Shown: piece by piece, positions 25,631 through 35,238 of the stretch
Layout of the letters: each line of letters opens with the position of its first letter
How positions within the stretch are numbered: the first letter of the stretch is position 1
Source of the DNA: a virus
Lineage: Duplodnaviria > Caudoviricetes
Length of the DNA stretch: 40,315 nucleotides
Reading direction: 5' to 3' (one strand)
Virus record (IMG/VR): IMGVR_UViG_3300006790_000041
Location: 1 to 40,315 of that record
Translations under genes and position numbers: made by a program
Notes under the pieces: model-generated
Seen by the model: the letters and a program-made list of their open reading frames with translations, nothing else
The model's database searches: none
Told to the model about the DNA's origin: nothing

Positions 25631-26178
25631 GGGCTGGTGAACTGCGCCACCGCGCCGAAATCGTCGAGCTCAACCCTAACCTGGTGCCGACTGTTGTTGG
25701 TGGTGCATGGGTCGGCGTGATCGCCAAGGAAGCCGCAGATGTTGCCATGCCGTCAGGGCTGCGCAACCCGGCAAAGGTCGACGTGCGCGCGCGCTACACC
25801 AGCAAGCTGACTGGTGGCCGCTACCTGCGACTCGGCTCACGACTTCTGCACATCACCAGTGTGCGCGACCCGCTGGGCAACAAAGCAGAGCTGCGCATCA
25901 GTGCAGATGAGCTGATTGGCCAGCCTGCGCAATTGTTGCCGCTGAGCGGCGGTGCTGTGCCTTGCCGTGTGCACCTAGTCCATCAAGCGCCTTGGCTGGA
26001 TGAGGAAGGTGTTGTGACTGATTATCGCACCCGGGCAGAGGTCGCAGTGATCGAGGTAGGCAGGCCGGAAGAAGGCGACCGGCTGCAGATCAACGGGCAC
26101 CTTTACATCGTCACTGGATACGCCAGAGATACTGATGACGGCGTAGTGCGAGGCCTTTGGCTGGAGCGCGAGTCGTGA
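25627..26178 (+). CDS. Head closure/head-tail adaptor, two-domain
   Basis: MRAGELRHR N-terminus; extra C-terminal domain. Confidence 0.75.
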   Translation: MRAGELRHRAEIVELNPNLVPTVVGGAWVGVIAKEAADVAMPSGLRNPAKVDVRARYTSKLTGGRYLRLGSRLLHITSVRDPLGNKAELRISADELIGQPAQLLPLSGGAVPCRVHLVHQAPWLDEEGVVTDYRTRAEVAVIEVGRPEEGDRLQINGHLYIVTGYARDTDDGVVRGLWLERES

Positions 26179-26741
26179 AAGTCGGCGTGAAGCTGCAGGG
26201 CACCTCCTTTGCTCGTGCTCAGCTGGCCACAGTGAACCGCAAGGTAGACCCGGTGCTGCGCGGCGCGTTGAACACCACGGCAACCTCGACACGGCGCGAG
26301 GAGTACGTAACCCCGCTTCTCAGAGCATTCCGGACGCGCGCATTTTTGAATGCAAAGCTCAAGATCAAGCGAGCCCGGTCGCGCCGGATGGAAGCGCGGA
26401 TCATCCCGTCATCCTCTGGTGTCAGGGTTGGGGCTTATCGTGGATGGAGCTATGAGGCGATCAGTGCCACCAGGGCGCGTGTTTATGTCACCGGCCCCAA
26501 CGGCAAGAAGCTGGCGGCAGGGTTTGTGAACCCGTCAAGCGCCGGCAAGAAGCCGCTTTACAACCGAAGCAAGCGCGGCAAGTACGTTTACGCACGGCGC
26601 TTGCAGGAAGCCATCGGGCCGAGTATCGCCTATTGGTTCAAGCAACTGTCGAACGCTCAATTGCGTCGGCGTACAGGGGCATTCCTGCAGCGCGAGTTTG
26701 AACGCCGCCTGCGGGCAGAAATAGCAAAGGGCATTCGATGA
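26175..26741 (+). CDS. Neck/minor tail protein (lambda Z-like)
   Basis: Basic protein, RGALNTTA...GPSI; position. Confidence 0.65.
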   Translation: MKVGVKLQGTSFARAQLATVNRKVDPVLRGALNTTATSTRREEYVTPLLRAFRTRAFLNAKLKIKRARSRRMEARIIPSSSGVRVGAYRGWSYEAISATRARVYVTGPNGKKLAAGFVNPSSAGKKPLYNRSKRGKYVYARRLQEAIGPSIAYWFKQLSNAQLRRRTGAFLQREFERRLRAEIAKGIR

Positions 26742-27169
26742 GCAAAGCAGCAGAGCTTACAGCGCAGTTTGAGCAATGCCTGGCCGAAATCAGCCCGGAT
26801 GATGGCTACGCGACCCGGCTGAACGGAGTGTATGGGGTCGCCAAGAATGTTCCCGACAAGGCCGCAACCCCTTACTTGATCATCAGGATTGAGGAAGACG
26901 AGTCGGTAAAGCACTCCGGCAACGTGGTGCACCGCGTCGCCAACTACCAGGTTGAGGCAGTCTTCAGCCGTTCAGCTACGCTGGCCGACCTCCAGAATTG
27001 CCATTACGACATTCTCAAAGCGCTGGGCTACGGAGGCCATCAGCAGGAGAGGCCGTTAAAGCAAGGATGGGTTGGTGATGAGTCGGCTGTCTTTGATATG
27101 GGCGCATCCGGCAGTCAGCACCGCAGTGTAACGGCCTCAATCAGCATTCAGTACGTCGAGCGCTACTGA
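26738..27169 (+). CDS. Tail terminator protein
   Basis: Size and position before the tail tube; ISPDDGYAT motif. Confidence 0.65.
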   Translation: MSKAAELTAQFEQCLAEISPDDGYATRLNGVYGVAKNVPDKAATPYLIIRIEEDESVKHSGNVVHRVANYQVEAVFSRSATLADLQNCHYDILKALGYGGHQQERPLKQGWVGDESAVFDMGASGSQHRSVTASISIQYVERY

Positions 27170-27187
27170 GCACTAGCAACCGCATAT

Positions 27188-27211
27188 AACCCGCCCAGGC
27201 GGGTTTTTTTT
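27188..27211 (+). terminator. Intrinsic terminator
   Basis: AACCCGCCCAGGCGGGTTTTTTTT. Confidence 0.7.
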
Positions 27212-27230
27212 CGACCAGAGGAAACCCGCA

Positions 27231-27749
27231 ATGGCAAATTACGCATACATGGGCAAGGGCATCGTGACCCTTAAGGAAGGCGCCGGCGCCGCTCGCGACA
27301 TCGGCAACGTCGCATCGCTCGCCTTCAACATCAACGAGAGCAAGATCAACCTGCCGAACTACCGCACTGCCGGTGGCGGCAACTATTCATCGGTTACGCG
27401 CATCGAATCGGTCGAGGTCACCATGACCCTGAACGACCTGTCGCCCGAGAACCTGGCCATGGTGCTGTTCGGCACCTCAACCGTGGTTTCCGAGGTCGCC
27501 ACCATCGAGGCGCTGACAACCGGTGCCAAAGAGTTCCAGATGGTATTCACCGGCGTCAACGAAGCGGCCACCGGCAAGACCGTGACCGTCACTGTGCATC
27601 GCCTGAAGGTGGGCGCGGCCCAAGGTCTGAACCTGATCGGCGACGAGTTCGCCGCGATGGAAATCACCGGTGAGGTGCTGCTGGATACGTCCATCACCAC
27701 CGAGGGTCTGTCGCAGTTCTTCAAGGTCGAGATGGACACCATCGCGTAA
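27231..27749 (+). CDS. Major tail tube protein
   Basis: YMGKG...IGNVASL...SPENLA...LIGDEFAAMEITGEVLLD. Confidence 0.82.
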   Translation: MANYAYMGKGIVTLKEGAGAARDIGNVASLAFNINESKINLPNYRTAGGGNYSSVTRIESVEVTMTLNDLSPENLAMVLFGTSTVVSEVATIEALTTGAKEFQMVFTGVNEAATGKTVTVTVHRLKVGAAQGLNLIGDEFAAMEITGEVLLDTSITTEGLSQFFKVEMDTIA

Positions 27750-27766
27750 TCAAATCGCAGAAAAGC

Positions 27767-27803
27767 AAAACCCCCGGACGTTCGCAGCGTGCCGGGGGTT
27801 TTT
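27767..27803. terminator. Bidirectional terminator
   Basis: AAAACCCCCGG...CCGGGGGTTTTT. Confidence 0.75.
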
Positions 27804-27863
27804 GTTTCCACCCCTTGAGGAAGGCAAGAGGAAGAACATGCGTGAAGCATAGCAAAAAGGCTT

Positions 27864-28322
27864 CTATTGATCGCGCTCTTGCGCTGCCGGAGGGCGGGAC
27901 AAGAACACAACCAGCGTCTCTTCTCCATCTGACTCGGCGTAGTAACCGGCTGCATCAAGTTTGTCGAAGAGATTGCCGTATACCTCGTTCACCTCGGCGT
28001 CACCCATTGCGTCGAGTTGCAGGTCGTTGAACTCAACAACCGCCATGGTTTTGCCGTTGGCAATGGCGCGATTGATCGCACTGATAGTGCGACTCTCAAT
28101 TACCGCCGAAAGGCGCTGCCGGGCTGCGGCTGCAATCTGTCGCGCCTTGGCTGCCGGGATAAGGACCTCAGGCAGTTCGCTCGAGAATACGCTGGCCTCC
28201 AGCCTGCCGATTATCTCGGCATTCATGGATTTGCTGGTTTCCTCCGCAAGGCTTGCCAGCCTCTCGTGGAGGTCTTTCGGCATGCGGAGGGTGATGCGGG
28301 TGTAGTTGTCTTGAGTAGCCAT
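27864..28322 (-). CDS. Arc/Mnt-family RHH repressor with C-terminal extension
   Basis: RITLRMPKDLHERL...SMNAEIIGRLEAS. Confidence 0.85.
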   Translation of the reverse strand: MATQDNYTRITLRMPKDLHERLASLAEETSKSMNAEIIGRLEASVFSSELPEVLIPAAKARQIAAAARQRLSAVIESRTISAINRAIANGKTMAVVEFNDLQLDAMGDAEVNEVYGNLFDKLDAAGYYAESDGEETLVVFLSRPPAAQERDQ

Positions 28323-28334
28323 GCCGGCAGATTA

Positions 28335-28409
28335 CCACCAGATTGGTGGAATATTTCATTTGACACTAATTTGGTGAAAGCCTATCTTGGTTATGCCACC
28401 AATTTGGTG
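28335..28409. promoter_or_regulatory. Pant-like promoter with three operators
   Basis: TTGACA(28360)-17-TATCTT; CACCA-N3-TGGTG-like palindromes at about 28336, 28364 and 28397. Confidence 0.72.
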
Positions 28410-28422
28410 ATAAGGAGGATTT

Positions 28423-28575
28423 ATGTCTGAGTACGTGAGAGCAACAACCCGCCTGCCGGTTGATGTAGCGGATTGGCTGAAGGTGAAGGCGAAGGAGCAG
28501 AGCCGTTCCATGAATGGGCAACTGGTAGAAGCGGTGCGCACGCTTATGCGCAAAGAGAAAGCCGAGCAGAAATAA
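28423..28575 (+). CDS. Arc-like RHH protein (50 aa, not in the ORF track)
   Basis: MSEYVRATTRLPVDVADWLKVKAKEQSRSMNGQLVEAVRTLMRKEKAEQK; TAAGGAGG SD. Confidence 0.85.
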   Translation: MSEYVRATTRLPVDVADWLKVKAKEQSRSMNGQLVEAVRTLMRKEKAEQK

Positions 28576-28640
28576 GAAAGCCCCGACGAGGTGAGAGTCG
28601 TCAGGGCTTTGTATGCGAATCAATTTCGAGGTCAATTCAC

Positions 28641-29591
28641 ATGAGCAAGAATAGCACAGCGGTATCTAATGTCATCCCCTTCAAGTTTGAGGCCCGTGAA
28701 GTCCGCACCATGCTGATCGACGATCAACCGTGGTTTGTGGCTGCCGATGTGTGCGTGTCACTAGCTATCGGCAACGTGTCGCTGGCAGTCAACGGCCGTG
28801 CAGATCGAAGTTCCGATGGTCTGGATGAAGACGAGAAGGGTGTTGCCACTGTCAATACCCCCTCCGGCGCACAGGAAATGCTGGTGGTTAATGAGTCTGG
28901 TTTGTATGCGCTGATCTTCAAAAGCCGCAAGGCCGAAGCCAAGCGCTTCAAGAAGTGGGTCACTGCAGAGGTGTTGCCGGCCATCCGCAAGCATGGGCGC
29001 TACGAGGACCGCCGCAACACCATGTGTACCTTGATCGGCCAGACCATTGGCACTGATGGCTTTCACTGCTTGGCCGCTGTTCTGGATGGCAAGGTTCGCC
29101 ATCTGCCGGCACCGGCACGCAAGCGGGCCAAGCAGCATGTGTGGTCTCAGGTGCACAAGGCGTTCAGTGTGGTGTCGGCGCAGGATATTCCGTCTGACCA
29201 GATGGATGGGGTGCGCAACTTCATTGCAGCCTACGCAATTGAGGGCGAGTGGCTTGGCAAGGAGGAGCCGGCCGCACCGAAGCCGCCACTGAATATCCAC
29301 TACCCGCTTGAAGTGCTGACTTGCCGCCGGCCTGGAATGTTGACGCCATTCAACGCGAACCACGAGACACTTCAGGTCACGCTGGAAGATTTGAGCAGCC
29401 CACGCACTTCGTTCTGCGAAATGATACTTTCAGAGCTGAGCCGCAACGGATACGCAGTAGAGGCGGCCTGGTGGGAATTTCGAACGTACCGGAACAAGTT
29501 CGAGGCGTTTCGGGGATTGGTGCACAACCTCGGAAGCACCATTGAGGAGCCGCAGAATTACGTGGTGAACCGAAACCCGTTGCCAGCTTAA
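28641..29591 (+). CDS. BRO-N domain antirepressor
   Basis: FKFEAREVR...PWFVAADVC...NESGLYALIFKSRKAEAKRFKKWVTAEVLPAIRKHG. Confidence 0.9.
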   Translation: MSKNSTAVSNVIPFKFEAREVRTMLIDDQPWFVAADVCVSLAIGNVSLAVNGRADRSSDGLDEDEKGVATVNTPSGAQEMLVVNESGLYALIFKSRKAEAKRFKKWVTAEVLPAIRKHGRYEDRRNTMCTLIGQTIGTDGFHCLAAVLDGKVRHLPAPARKRAKQHVWSQVHKAFSVVSAQDIPSDQMDGVRNFIAAYAIEGEWLGKEEPAAPKPPLNIHYPLEVLTCRRPGMLTPFNANHETLQVTLEDLSSPRTSFCEMILSELSRNGYAVEAAWWEFRTYRNKFEAFRGLVHNLGSTIEEPQNYVVNRNPLPA

Positions 29592-29608
29592 GCCTCAACC
29601 AACCCACC

Positions 29609-29631
29609 AAACCCAGCACAGGCTGGGTTTT
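29609..29631 (+). terminator. Intrinsic terminator
   Basis: AAACCCAGC-ACAG-GCTGGGTTTT. Confidence 0.7.
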
Positions 29632-29679
29632 GGTGCTGGTCTGGGGTACATTCCTCCATGTCTATCAGGGAGGAATGTC

Positions 29680-30405
29680 ATGGAGTGTCCAAAGTGTAAG
29701 TACGAACCGACGATGGCGGAGCACACTGCCAGTCCCGACATATGCACTAAGTGTGGCGTTGTCTACGCGAAAGTGCGGGCACAACAGGAAGCAGCTGCAG
29801 AACCATCGGCAAGCAGTAAGGTTGCAGTCGGCATTGCTGGCGCCAAGGCTGGTATCGCTGGAAGTCGGGCGCAAAGGGAGGCGCTCAAGTGGCAGGCCAA
29901 GCTGGGCGCCTCTGCCCCTGATCGTGTTGTGGTCGCCGGTGTTCAGATCCCGTTCCTCAGCCTGATTTGGCTGATGACCAAAATCATTCTGGCCGCGCTG
30001 CCAGCATTGGTGCTTGCTGTGTTTATCGTTTGGGCCCTCTTTTCGTTCGTGAAGAGAGTGGTCACTAGTTACAACATGTACACAGACAGGTACGAGCAAA
30101 CGGAATTGCAGCTAGCTCTCAGGGGTAGCGCATCTGCCGCATCAGAGCAGGCGTCTTCTTCTGGTAGATGTTCAACAATGGCCGAGCTTGGCAGTGCCGT
30201 TATGCTTGCTCGACAGAACGGTTTGCCTATGGCTGACGCCAAGACGGCAGTTTCTGGGCATGGTGAATACAGCGATACGGTGCTGAGCCATATCGTGACT
30301 TCCGCTTATAGGCGCGATCGGCACGAAACTGCTTCCGAAAGGTCACAGCAGGTAGATACGTTTCGAAGAGAAACGTATGAATGGTGTGTCCGTGAGGGTA
30401 TTTGA
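29680..30405 (+). CDS. Moron: Zn-ribbon + transmembrane + exported domain protein
   Basis: CPKC...CTKC, long hydrophobic segment; flanked by terminators; GGAGG SD. Confidence 0.72.
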   Translation: MECPKCKYEPTMAEHTASPDICTKCGVVYAKVRAQQEAAAEPSASSKVAVGIAGAKAGIAGSRAQREALKWQAKLGASAPDRVVVAGVQIPFLSLIWLMTKIILAALPALVLAVFIVWALFSFVKRVVTSYNMYTDRYEQTELQLALRGSASAASEQASSSGRCSTMAELGSAVMLARQNGLPMADAKTAVSGHGEYSDTVLSHIVTSAYRRDRHETASERSQQVDTFRRETYEWCVREGI

Positions 30406-30440
30406 CTGCAAGTAAATACCAAATCACTTCATTGAAAACG

Positions 30441-30461
30441 ACCCGCTCCGGCGGGTTTTTT
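30441..30461 (+). terminator. Intrinsic terminator closing the moron
   Basis: ACCCGCTCCGGCGGGTTTTTT. Confidence 0.75.
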
Positions 30462-30478
30462 ATTGCCTGGAGATTGGC

Positions 30479-30841
30479 ATGTCGCAACACGAGATTCTAT
30501 TTCCCAAGCCAGTCACTGTGCTGGTCGCTGGTCGCAAGGTCGTTGTTACCCCTGTGCGCTTCCGCGACTTCGAGCGCTTCGGCCAAGCGGCCGCCAAGGC
30601 CATTGCCATCGCTGCGGCCGAAACCACAGTGCAGCTGTATGCGCAGGCGCGTGACAGTGGCGTGCTGCTGGATGTGCTGCGATCCACCACCACCTTGAGC
30701 CGCTGGCGTATTCGTCGCCTCCCGGCCGCTGCAGCGGTGCAGCTCATGTATGAGGTGATCCGGGTCAACAAGGATTTTTTCGAGCAAGCCCTGGTAAGCG
30801 CAGCAAACGTGCTGGCTGGGGCGCAGCAGTCCAGCGACTGA
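30479..30841 (+). CDS. Tail assembly chaperone (gpG-like)
   Basis: Upstream of the tape measure; VIRVNKDFF ending at the slippery site. Confidence 0.78.
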   Translation: MSQHEILFPKPVTVLVAGRKVVVTPVRFRDFERFGQAAAKAIAIAAAETTVQLYAQARDSGVLLDVLRSTTTLSRWRIRRLPAAAAVQLMYEVIRVNKDFFEQALVSAANVLAGAQQSSD

Positions 30842-31026
30842 TCAGCGCCGGGCACCGCTGGGAGGATGTGCAGGGCTATACCCTGGCGCAGATCCAGCTG
30901 TTTGCCGAGGAATCAGCTTTGCAGGACAGGGCGCGCCTGCGCGACATGGCAATCGCCAGCCGCGCCGCGCAGCAAGATCAGAACAACTGGCAGAAGTTTA
31001 TGAGGTCCGTCGATGAGCAAGGTTAA
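30775..31026 (+). CDS. gpT-like -1 frameshift extension of the tail chaperone
   Basis: T TTT TTC heptamer at 30775-30781; -1 frame open to TAA at 31026 (WGAAVQRLISAGHRWEDVQGYTLAQIQLF). Confidence 0.72.
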   Translation, partial: FFRASPGKRSKRAGWGAAVQRLISAGHRWEDVQGYTLAQIQLFAEESALQDRARLRDMAIASRAAQQDQNNWQKFMRSVDEQG

Positions 31027-33022
31027 AACACAGCTGGTCATCGAGGGCGAGAACAAGGCCGGCCGTGCGTTTCGGGAGGCAGACTCCCAGCTCACCCGGC
31101 TGAGCAAAAACGCGAAAGCAGCTGGAGCGTTTTTGACCGCGGCGTTTACCGTCGGCGCTGGTGCGGCCGAACTGGCCCGCCGCTCGGCGGAGGCGGTGGT
31201 GCAGATGGAGCGCATGGCGCAGGTGTCGGGCACCACCGTCGAGGTATTCCAGCGCTGGCAGTTTGCGGCGCGCGCGCTGGGCATGGAGTCGGACAAGATC
31301 GGCGACGTCTTCAAAGACGTGCAGGACAAGGTGGGCGACTTCCTGCAGTCCGGCGGCGGGCCGATGAAGGACTTTTTCGAGCAGATCGCGCCTCTGGCTG
31401 GCGTCACTGCTGAGCAGTTCCGTGAGCTATCTGGCCCTGATGCGCTGCAGCTCTATGTGAGCAGCCTGGAGAAGGCGAATCTCTCGCAGTCTGAAATGAC
31501 CTTCTACATGGAGGCCATCGCCAACGATGCGACACTGCTGCTGCCGCTGCTGCGTAACAACGGCGAGGAGTTTCAACGGTTGGCCAAGCGCGCCGAGGAG
31601 TTCGGCTTTATCGTCGGCGGCCAGACCGCAGCCGATGCCAAAGAGTTCGCGCAAAACATGGACACACTTGGGCTGGTCGGCGAGTCGGTCGGCAAGCGCC
31701 TGACGGCAGAAATGCTGCCAGCCATGAACGAGATGACGGGGTTGTTGCTCGATTACTCGAAGAACACCAGCACGGCTTCCACCGCGTCTGACATCCTGTC
31801 GTTCGGCCTGAAGACGGTGGCGACTGCAGTGATCATTGCCGGTAATGGCTTTGCCACGTTGGGGCGGCTGATCGGTGCAACCGCTGCGGCGGCCTCCGCT
31901 GTTGGCCGTGGTGAGTTTTCTCAAGCGGCAACGATCATGCGGACGGTCGTCGAGGATAACGTCAAAAGCGCGGGCGAGGCGATGGAGCAGGTTCGCAAGC
32001 TATGGGATGGCAGTTACCAGCGCGAAGGCGAGGGCGCGAACCGGACAGCGCAGGAACTGAAGGCTCTGAGTCGGGACACCGCAAACGACGTTGGCCGCTC
32101 CAATGAAGCGCTGGCCGAGTCATACAAGCAACTGACTGCAGACGCCAAGACCGCATTGCGGGAACTGGTCAGCCAAGAGAAGTCGGCCCAGAAGGATATC
32201 GAGGATATCCGCGAGAAGCGCATTGCCATTGAGCAGCGCTATGCGGATGCCATCAGCGGCTTTAATGGTAAGCCCGGCGCGTCCTACGGCAACGCGCAAG
32301 ATTTGAAGATCGCGGCACGGCAGGCACTGCAGGCCGGTGACGTTGAAGGTGCCCAGAAGGCCGCTCAGGCCGCACTCAAAATGCTGGAAGATCTGGCGCA
32401 GGCTGGCGAGAACACCTACGGCTTTGAAGGGTTTGCGAAAGAGCTGCAGCAGATCGAGCTGGCCGCGAACGACATTGAGCAGTCGCGCGCCGAGCAGAAG
32501 CTGGCGGATATCAAGGCGCAGGTAGAATCACTCAACAACCAGATCACGGAGCTGACCAAGTTCGATCTTGAGATCGCCATGCCTGAGTCTGCCAAGCAGG
32601 AGCTGATTGCGCAGATGCAGGCGCTTGCAGACCGGCTTGGCAAAGAGCTGACAATCCAGCCGACAGTTCTTGCCCCAGCGGTTGCCAGTGGTGACGCTCT
32701 GCCTGGGTATGCGAGCGGCGGCCGCATCCGTGGGCCAGGCACCGGAACAAGCGATAGCGTGCTGATGTGGGGCTCGAATGGCGAGTATGTCATCCGCGCC
32801 GCAGCTGTGCGCAAGTACGGCCAGTCGTTTCTCGACAGCATCAACGGAATGAACCTGCCGCGCTACGCGGACGGCGGCATGGTCGGTGCTGCGCCGGCCA
32901 CCGCTGGCGGCACACCCCTCTACCTCACCCTTGGCGACCGCACATTCGGTCTGCAGGGTGACTCCAGCACCATCGAAGACTTGGCGCGCTTTGCGCGTAC
33001 CGCCCGACTCAAACGCAGGTAA
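31013..33022 (+). CDS. Tape measure protein
   Basis: Long Ala-rich helical protein; GYASGGRIRGPGTGTSDS...NGEYVI C-terminal motif. Confidence 0.92.
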   Translation: MSKVKTQLVIEGENKAGRAFREADSQLTRLSKNAKAAGAFLTAAFTVGAGAAELARRSAEAVVQMERMAQVSGTTVEVFQRWQFAARALGMESDKIGDVFKDVQDKVGDFLQSGGGPMKDFFEQIAPLAGVTAEQFRELSGPDALQLYVSSLEKANLSQSEMTFYMEAIANDATLLLPLLRNNGEEFQRLAKRAEEFGFIVGGQTAADAKEFAQNMDTLGLVGESVGKRLTAEMLPAMNEMTGLLLDYSKNTSTASTASDILSFGLKTVATAVIIAGNGFATLGRLIGATAAAASAVGRGEFSQAATIMRTVVEDNVKSAGEAMEQVRKLWDGSYQREGEGANRTAQELKALSRDTANDVGRSNEALAESYKQLTADAKTALRELVSQEKSAQKDIEDIREKRIAIEQRYADAISGFNGKPGASYGNAQDLKIAARQALQAGDVEGAQKAAQAALKMLEDLAQAGENTYGFEGFAKELQQIELAANDIEQSRAEQKLADIKAQVESLNNQITELTKFDLEIAMPESAKQELIAQMQALADRLGKELTIQPTVLAPAVASGDALPGYASGGRIRGPGTGTSDSVLMWGSNGEYVIRAAAVRKYGQSFLDSINGMNLPRYADGGMVGAAPATAGGTPLYLTLGDRTFGLQGDSSTIEDLARFARTARLKRR

Positions 33023-33025
33023 ACC

Positions 33026-33523
33026 ATGACACAGATGATTTTGGGCGGCGTGCCGGTCTCGATCTTCAGCGGCGAGCCGCTGGTGAGCTATGGCGATGCT
33101 GGTGGCTCTACGGACGTGATCCTGTCTGGTGGCCGGCCGGTACGCATGACGCACTTCAGCAAGCGGGTGATCACCGTCACCGGCACAGGCTGGGTCAGCA
33201 GTGGGTTGGATGGCGTTAACCTGCGCGGGGAGCTGGACTTCTGGAGTCCCAAGCCGCTCACGCTGGCAACCGTAAGCACCACGGCCACGCTGACAGCAGC
33301 TGTGCGGCCTGATGAGCCGGTCACTGCCGAGGCGCTTGTGGGTGAGCAGTGGGTCAGGGCAGAGGTCACCATGAGCGATCTGGACGCAACCATTACGCCG
33401 GTGGCTGGTGCGGTGGTGTACCGCCTGGTGTGGTTCCCCCGTTTCACCGTGCTGGTTGATCCGCCTGCTGAGGATATCGGCGACCGGCAATTCAGCTGGC
33501 AGCTTGTCATGCGCGAGGTCTGA
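33026..33523 (+). CDS. Distal tail (Dit-like) protein
   Basis: Position after the tape measure; beta-rich. Confidence 0.6.
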   Translation: MTQMILGGVPVSIFSGEPLVSYGDAGGSTDVILSGGRPVRMTHFSKRVITVTGTGWVSSGLDGVNLRGELDFWSPKPLTLATVSTTATLTAAVRPDEPVTAEALVGEQWVRAEVTMSDLDATITPVAGAVVYRLVWFPRFTVLVDPPAEDIGDRQFSWQLVMREV

Positions 33524-33525
33524 CC

Positions 33526-35238
33526 ATGCTCAACGCATATCCGCTTAACGCGGTGCCGCTGAACGGGCTGGGCAGCTCTGGCATCGTCACGCAGATCATC
33601 GAGCCGGGCAGCAGCTTCAGTTGGTCGCCGCGCCTGCTGCTGGATGGCGATGATGTGACTGATCAGCTGCTGGGCGCCATTGTGGTCGACCGGTCAGAGT
33701 CGGGTGACGCCGTTGCGTCTTTCCAGCTGTGGCTCGGCACTGTGCCGGTATCCATCGGCAGCTACAGCGGGCGCTCTGTCGTTATCGATATCATCCTGCA
33801 CGGCGAGCCAGAGGTGGTGAGTCGCCGCTTCACCGGCCAGCTGGTACAGCCCGAGTTTGATGTGGTCTCTCGGGTCCTGAGCTGTGAGGCAAACACTCGT
33901 CTTGCCGAGAATGTCGAGGCCATGAGCATTGCAGCTATCGATGCCCTGGTGGGCGGGCTGTGGTCGCCGGACGTGTTCGAGGATGTCGCAGGCCGCTCAC
34001 GCTGGGACTACGCCCAAGAGCGGCTCAGCACCCGCACCGCCAGCCTCAACGCAGACCGTTACGGCGTCCCGAGAATCACCCCTTGGCACATTGGCGCTGT
34101 GCATTATGAGTTTGCGCCGGGGTCCACAGTGCATGAGTCGGTTGACGTTGGGCTTGCAACGCTCAGCGATGCAGTGAACGTCTATGAGCTGGAGCTGGAT
34201 TACCGCTACACGCGCTACCGCCAGCGTCGGCAGAACTACACTTGGCGCCACCCTGGCACGGGCGGGAATATGTCGCTGGCCGGGTTTAATGCGTGGCGGG
34301 CAGATTCGACCGAACTGCCAGACGTAGACATGATCACCGAGGCGGTCAACTCCGCTGACTGGTATCTGTCTTCGTCCACCTGGTACCGGCTCTACGGCGA
34401 TCTGCCCAATCTGCCGCAGCCCTGGTACAACAAGAATACCGACCTGTTGCTCGGTGCCGACTTCTCGGCGTCGATACGATGGAGCCAGCGGGCTGTTGAG
34501 AAGTACACCGTCCGCCTTGAGGTGACTGACTCCGTGGCCGCCGTTGGCGATGTGATCGAGCGGGGGCGGGTGGTGCTCGACACCGACACCGAAAACGACC
34601 GGCTTTGGGACGAAAGCACCGGCGATGTTGTGGCCGCGGTTACGGATGCACCTATTGATCAGCTCCAGCGCCGCGACCCAGAACGCCTGGCGGCCGCTTT
34701 TGATTGCGCCGTATCGGCCGGCGTGGCCACGCTCTGCGCGGCGCAGCGGGCCAATGTTGTGACGTGGCAGGTGCCGCTGGCTCATGCGCTGGCAATTGAT
34801 TTTGGTCGCCGCCTGCGCCTGCGTGATCAGGGGGCTGATGTCACCGGCATGGTCGTCATGCTGACCGAGGAAATGGACACCCAAACAGGTACCGCACTGC
34901 TCACCATTGGCATCGCGCCAAGCCTGGGCGCAGCGACCGCCGTCGGTGACATACCGGTATTGCCAGATCCGCCAGAGTTTGAGGATCAGCCGGGGCCAGT
35001 TATGCCCGGCTCTCTGCCGACCCAGATCGGATTGCGCGCCGACAGCCCGCCGTATGATGAAGAGCTGCCCGGTTTCGCCGGCAACTACTCGATCGGCAAT
35101 GGCGACCCAGCAGACCGCTATCCCCGGCGCTTTGCGATTGATACCCCGGAGATTTTGGAGCAGTGGCGTAACGAGATTGAGGCCGCCGTTGTGGTCACCT
35201 ATTCCATCGCGCCGCCAGCAGACACCCTGGAGCTGTAA
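33526..35238 (+). CDS. Tail tip/hub protein
   Basis: MLNAYPLNAVPLNG N-terminus; size and position. Confidence 0.65.
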   Translation: MLNAYPLNAVPLNGLGSSGIVTQIIEPGSSFSWSPRLLLDGDDVTDQLLGAIVVDRSESGDAVASFQLWLGTVPVSIGSYSGRSVVIDIILHGEPEVVSRRFTGQLVQPEFDVVSRVLSCEANTRLAENVEAMSIAAIDALVGGLWSPDVFEDVAGRSRWDYAQERLSTRTASLNADRYGVPRITPWHIGAVHYEFAPGSTVHESVDVGLATLSDAVNVYELELDYRYTRYRQRRQNYTWRHPGTGGNMSLAGFNAWRADSTELPDVDMITEAVNSADWYLSSSTWYRLYGDLPNLPQPWYNKNTDLLLGADFSASIRWSQRAVEKYTVRLEVTDSVAAVGDVIERGRVVLDTDTENDRLWDESTGDVVAAVTDAPIDQLQRRDPERLAAAFDCAVSAGVATLCAAQRANVVTWQVPLAHALAIDFGRRLRLRDQGADVTGMVVMLTEEMDTQTGTALLTIGIAPSLGAATAVGDIPVLPDPPEFEDQPGPVMPGSLPTQIGLRADSPPYDEELPGFAGNYSIGNGDPADRYPRRFAIDTPEILEQWRNEIEAAVVVTYSIAPPADTLEL

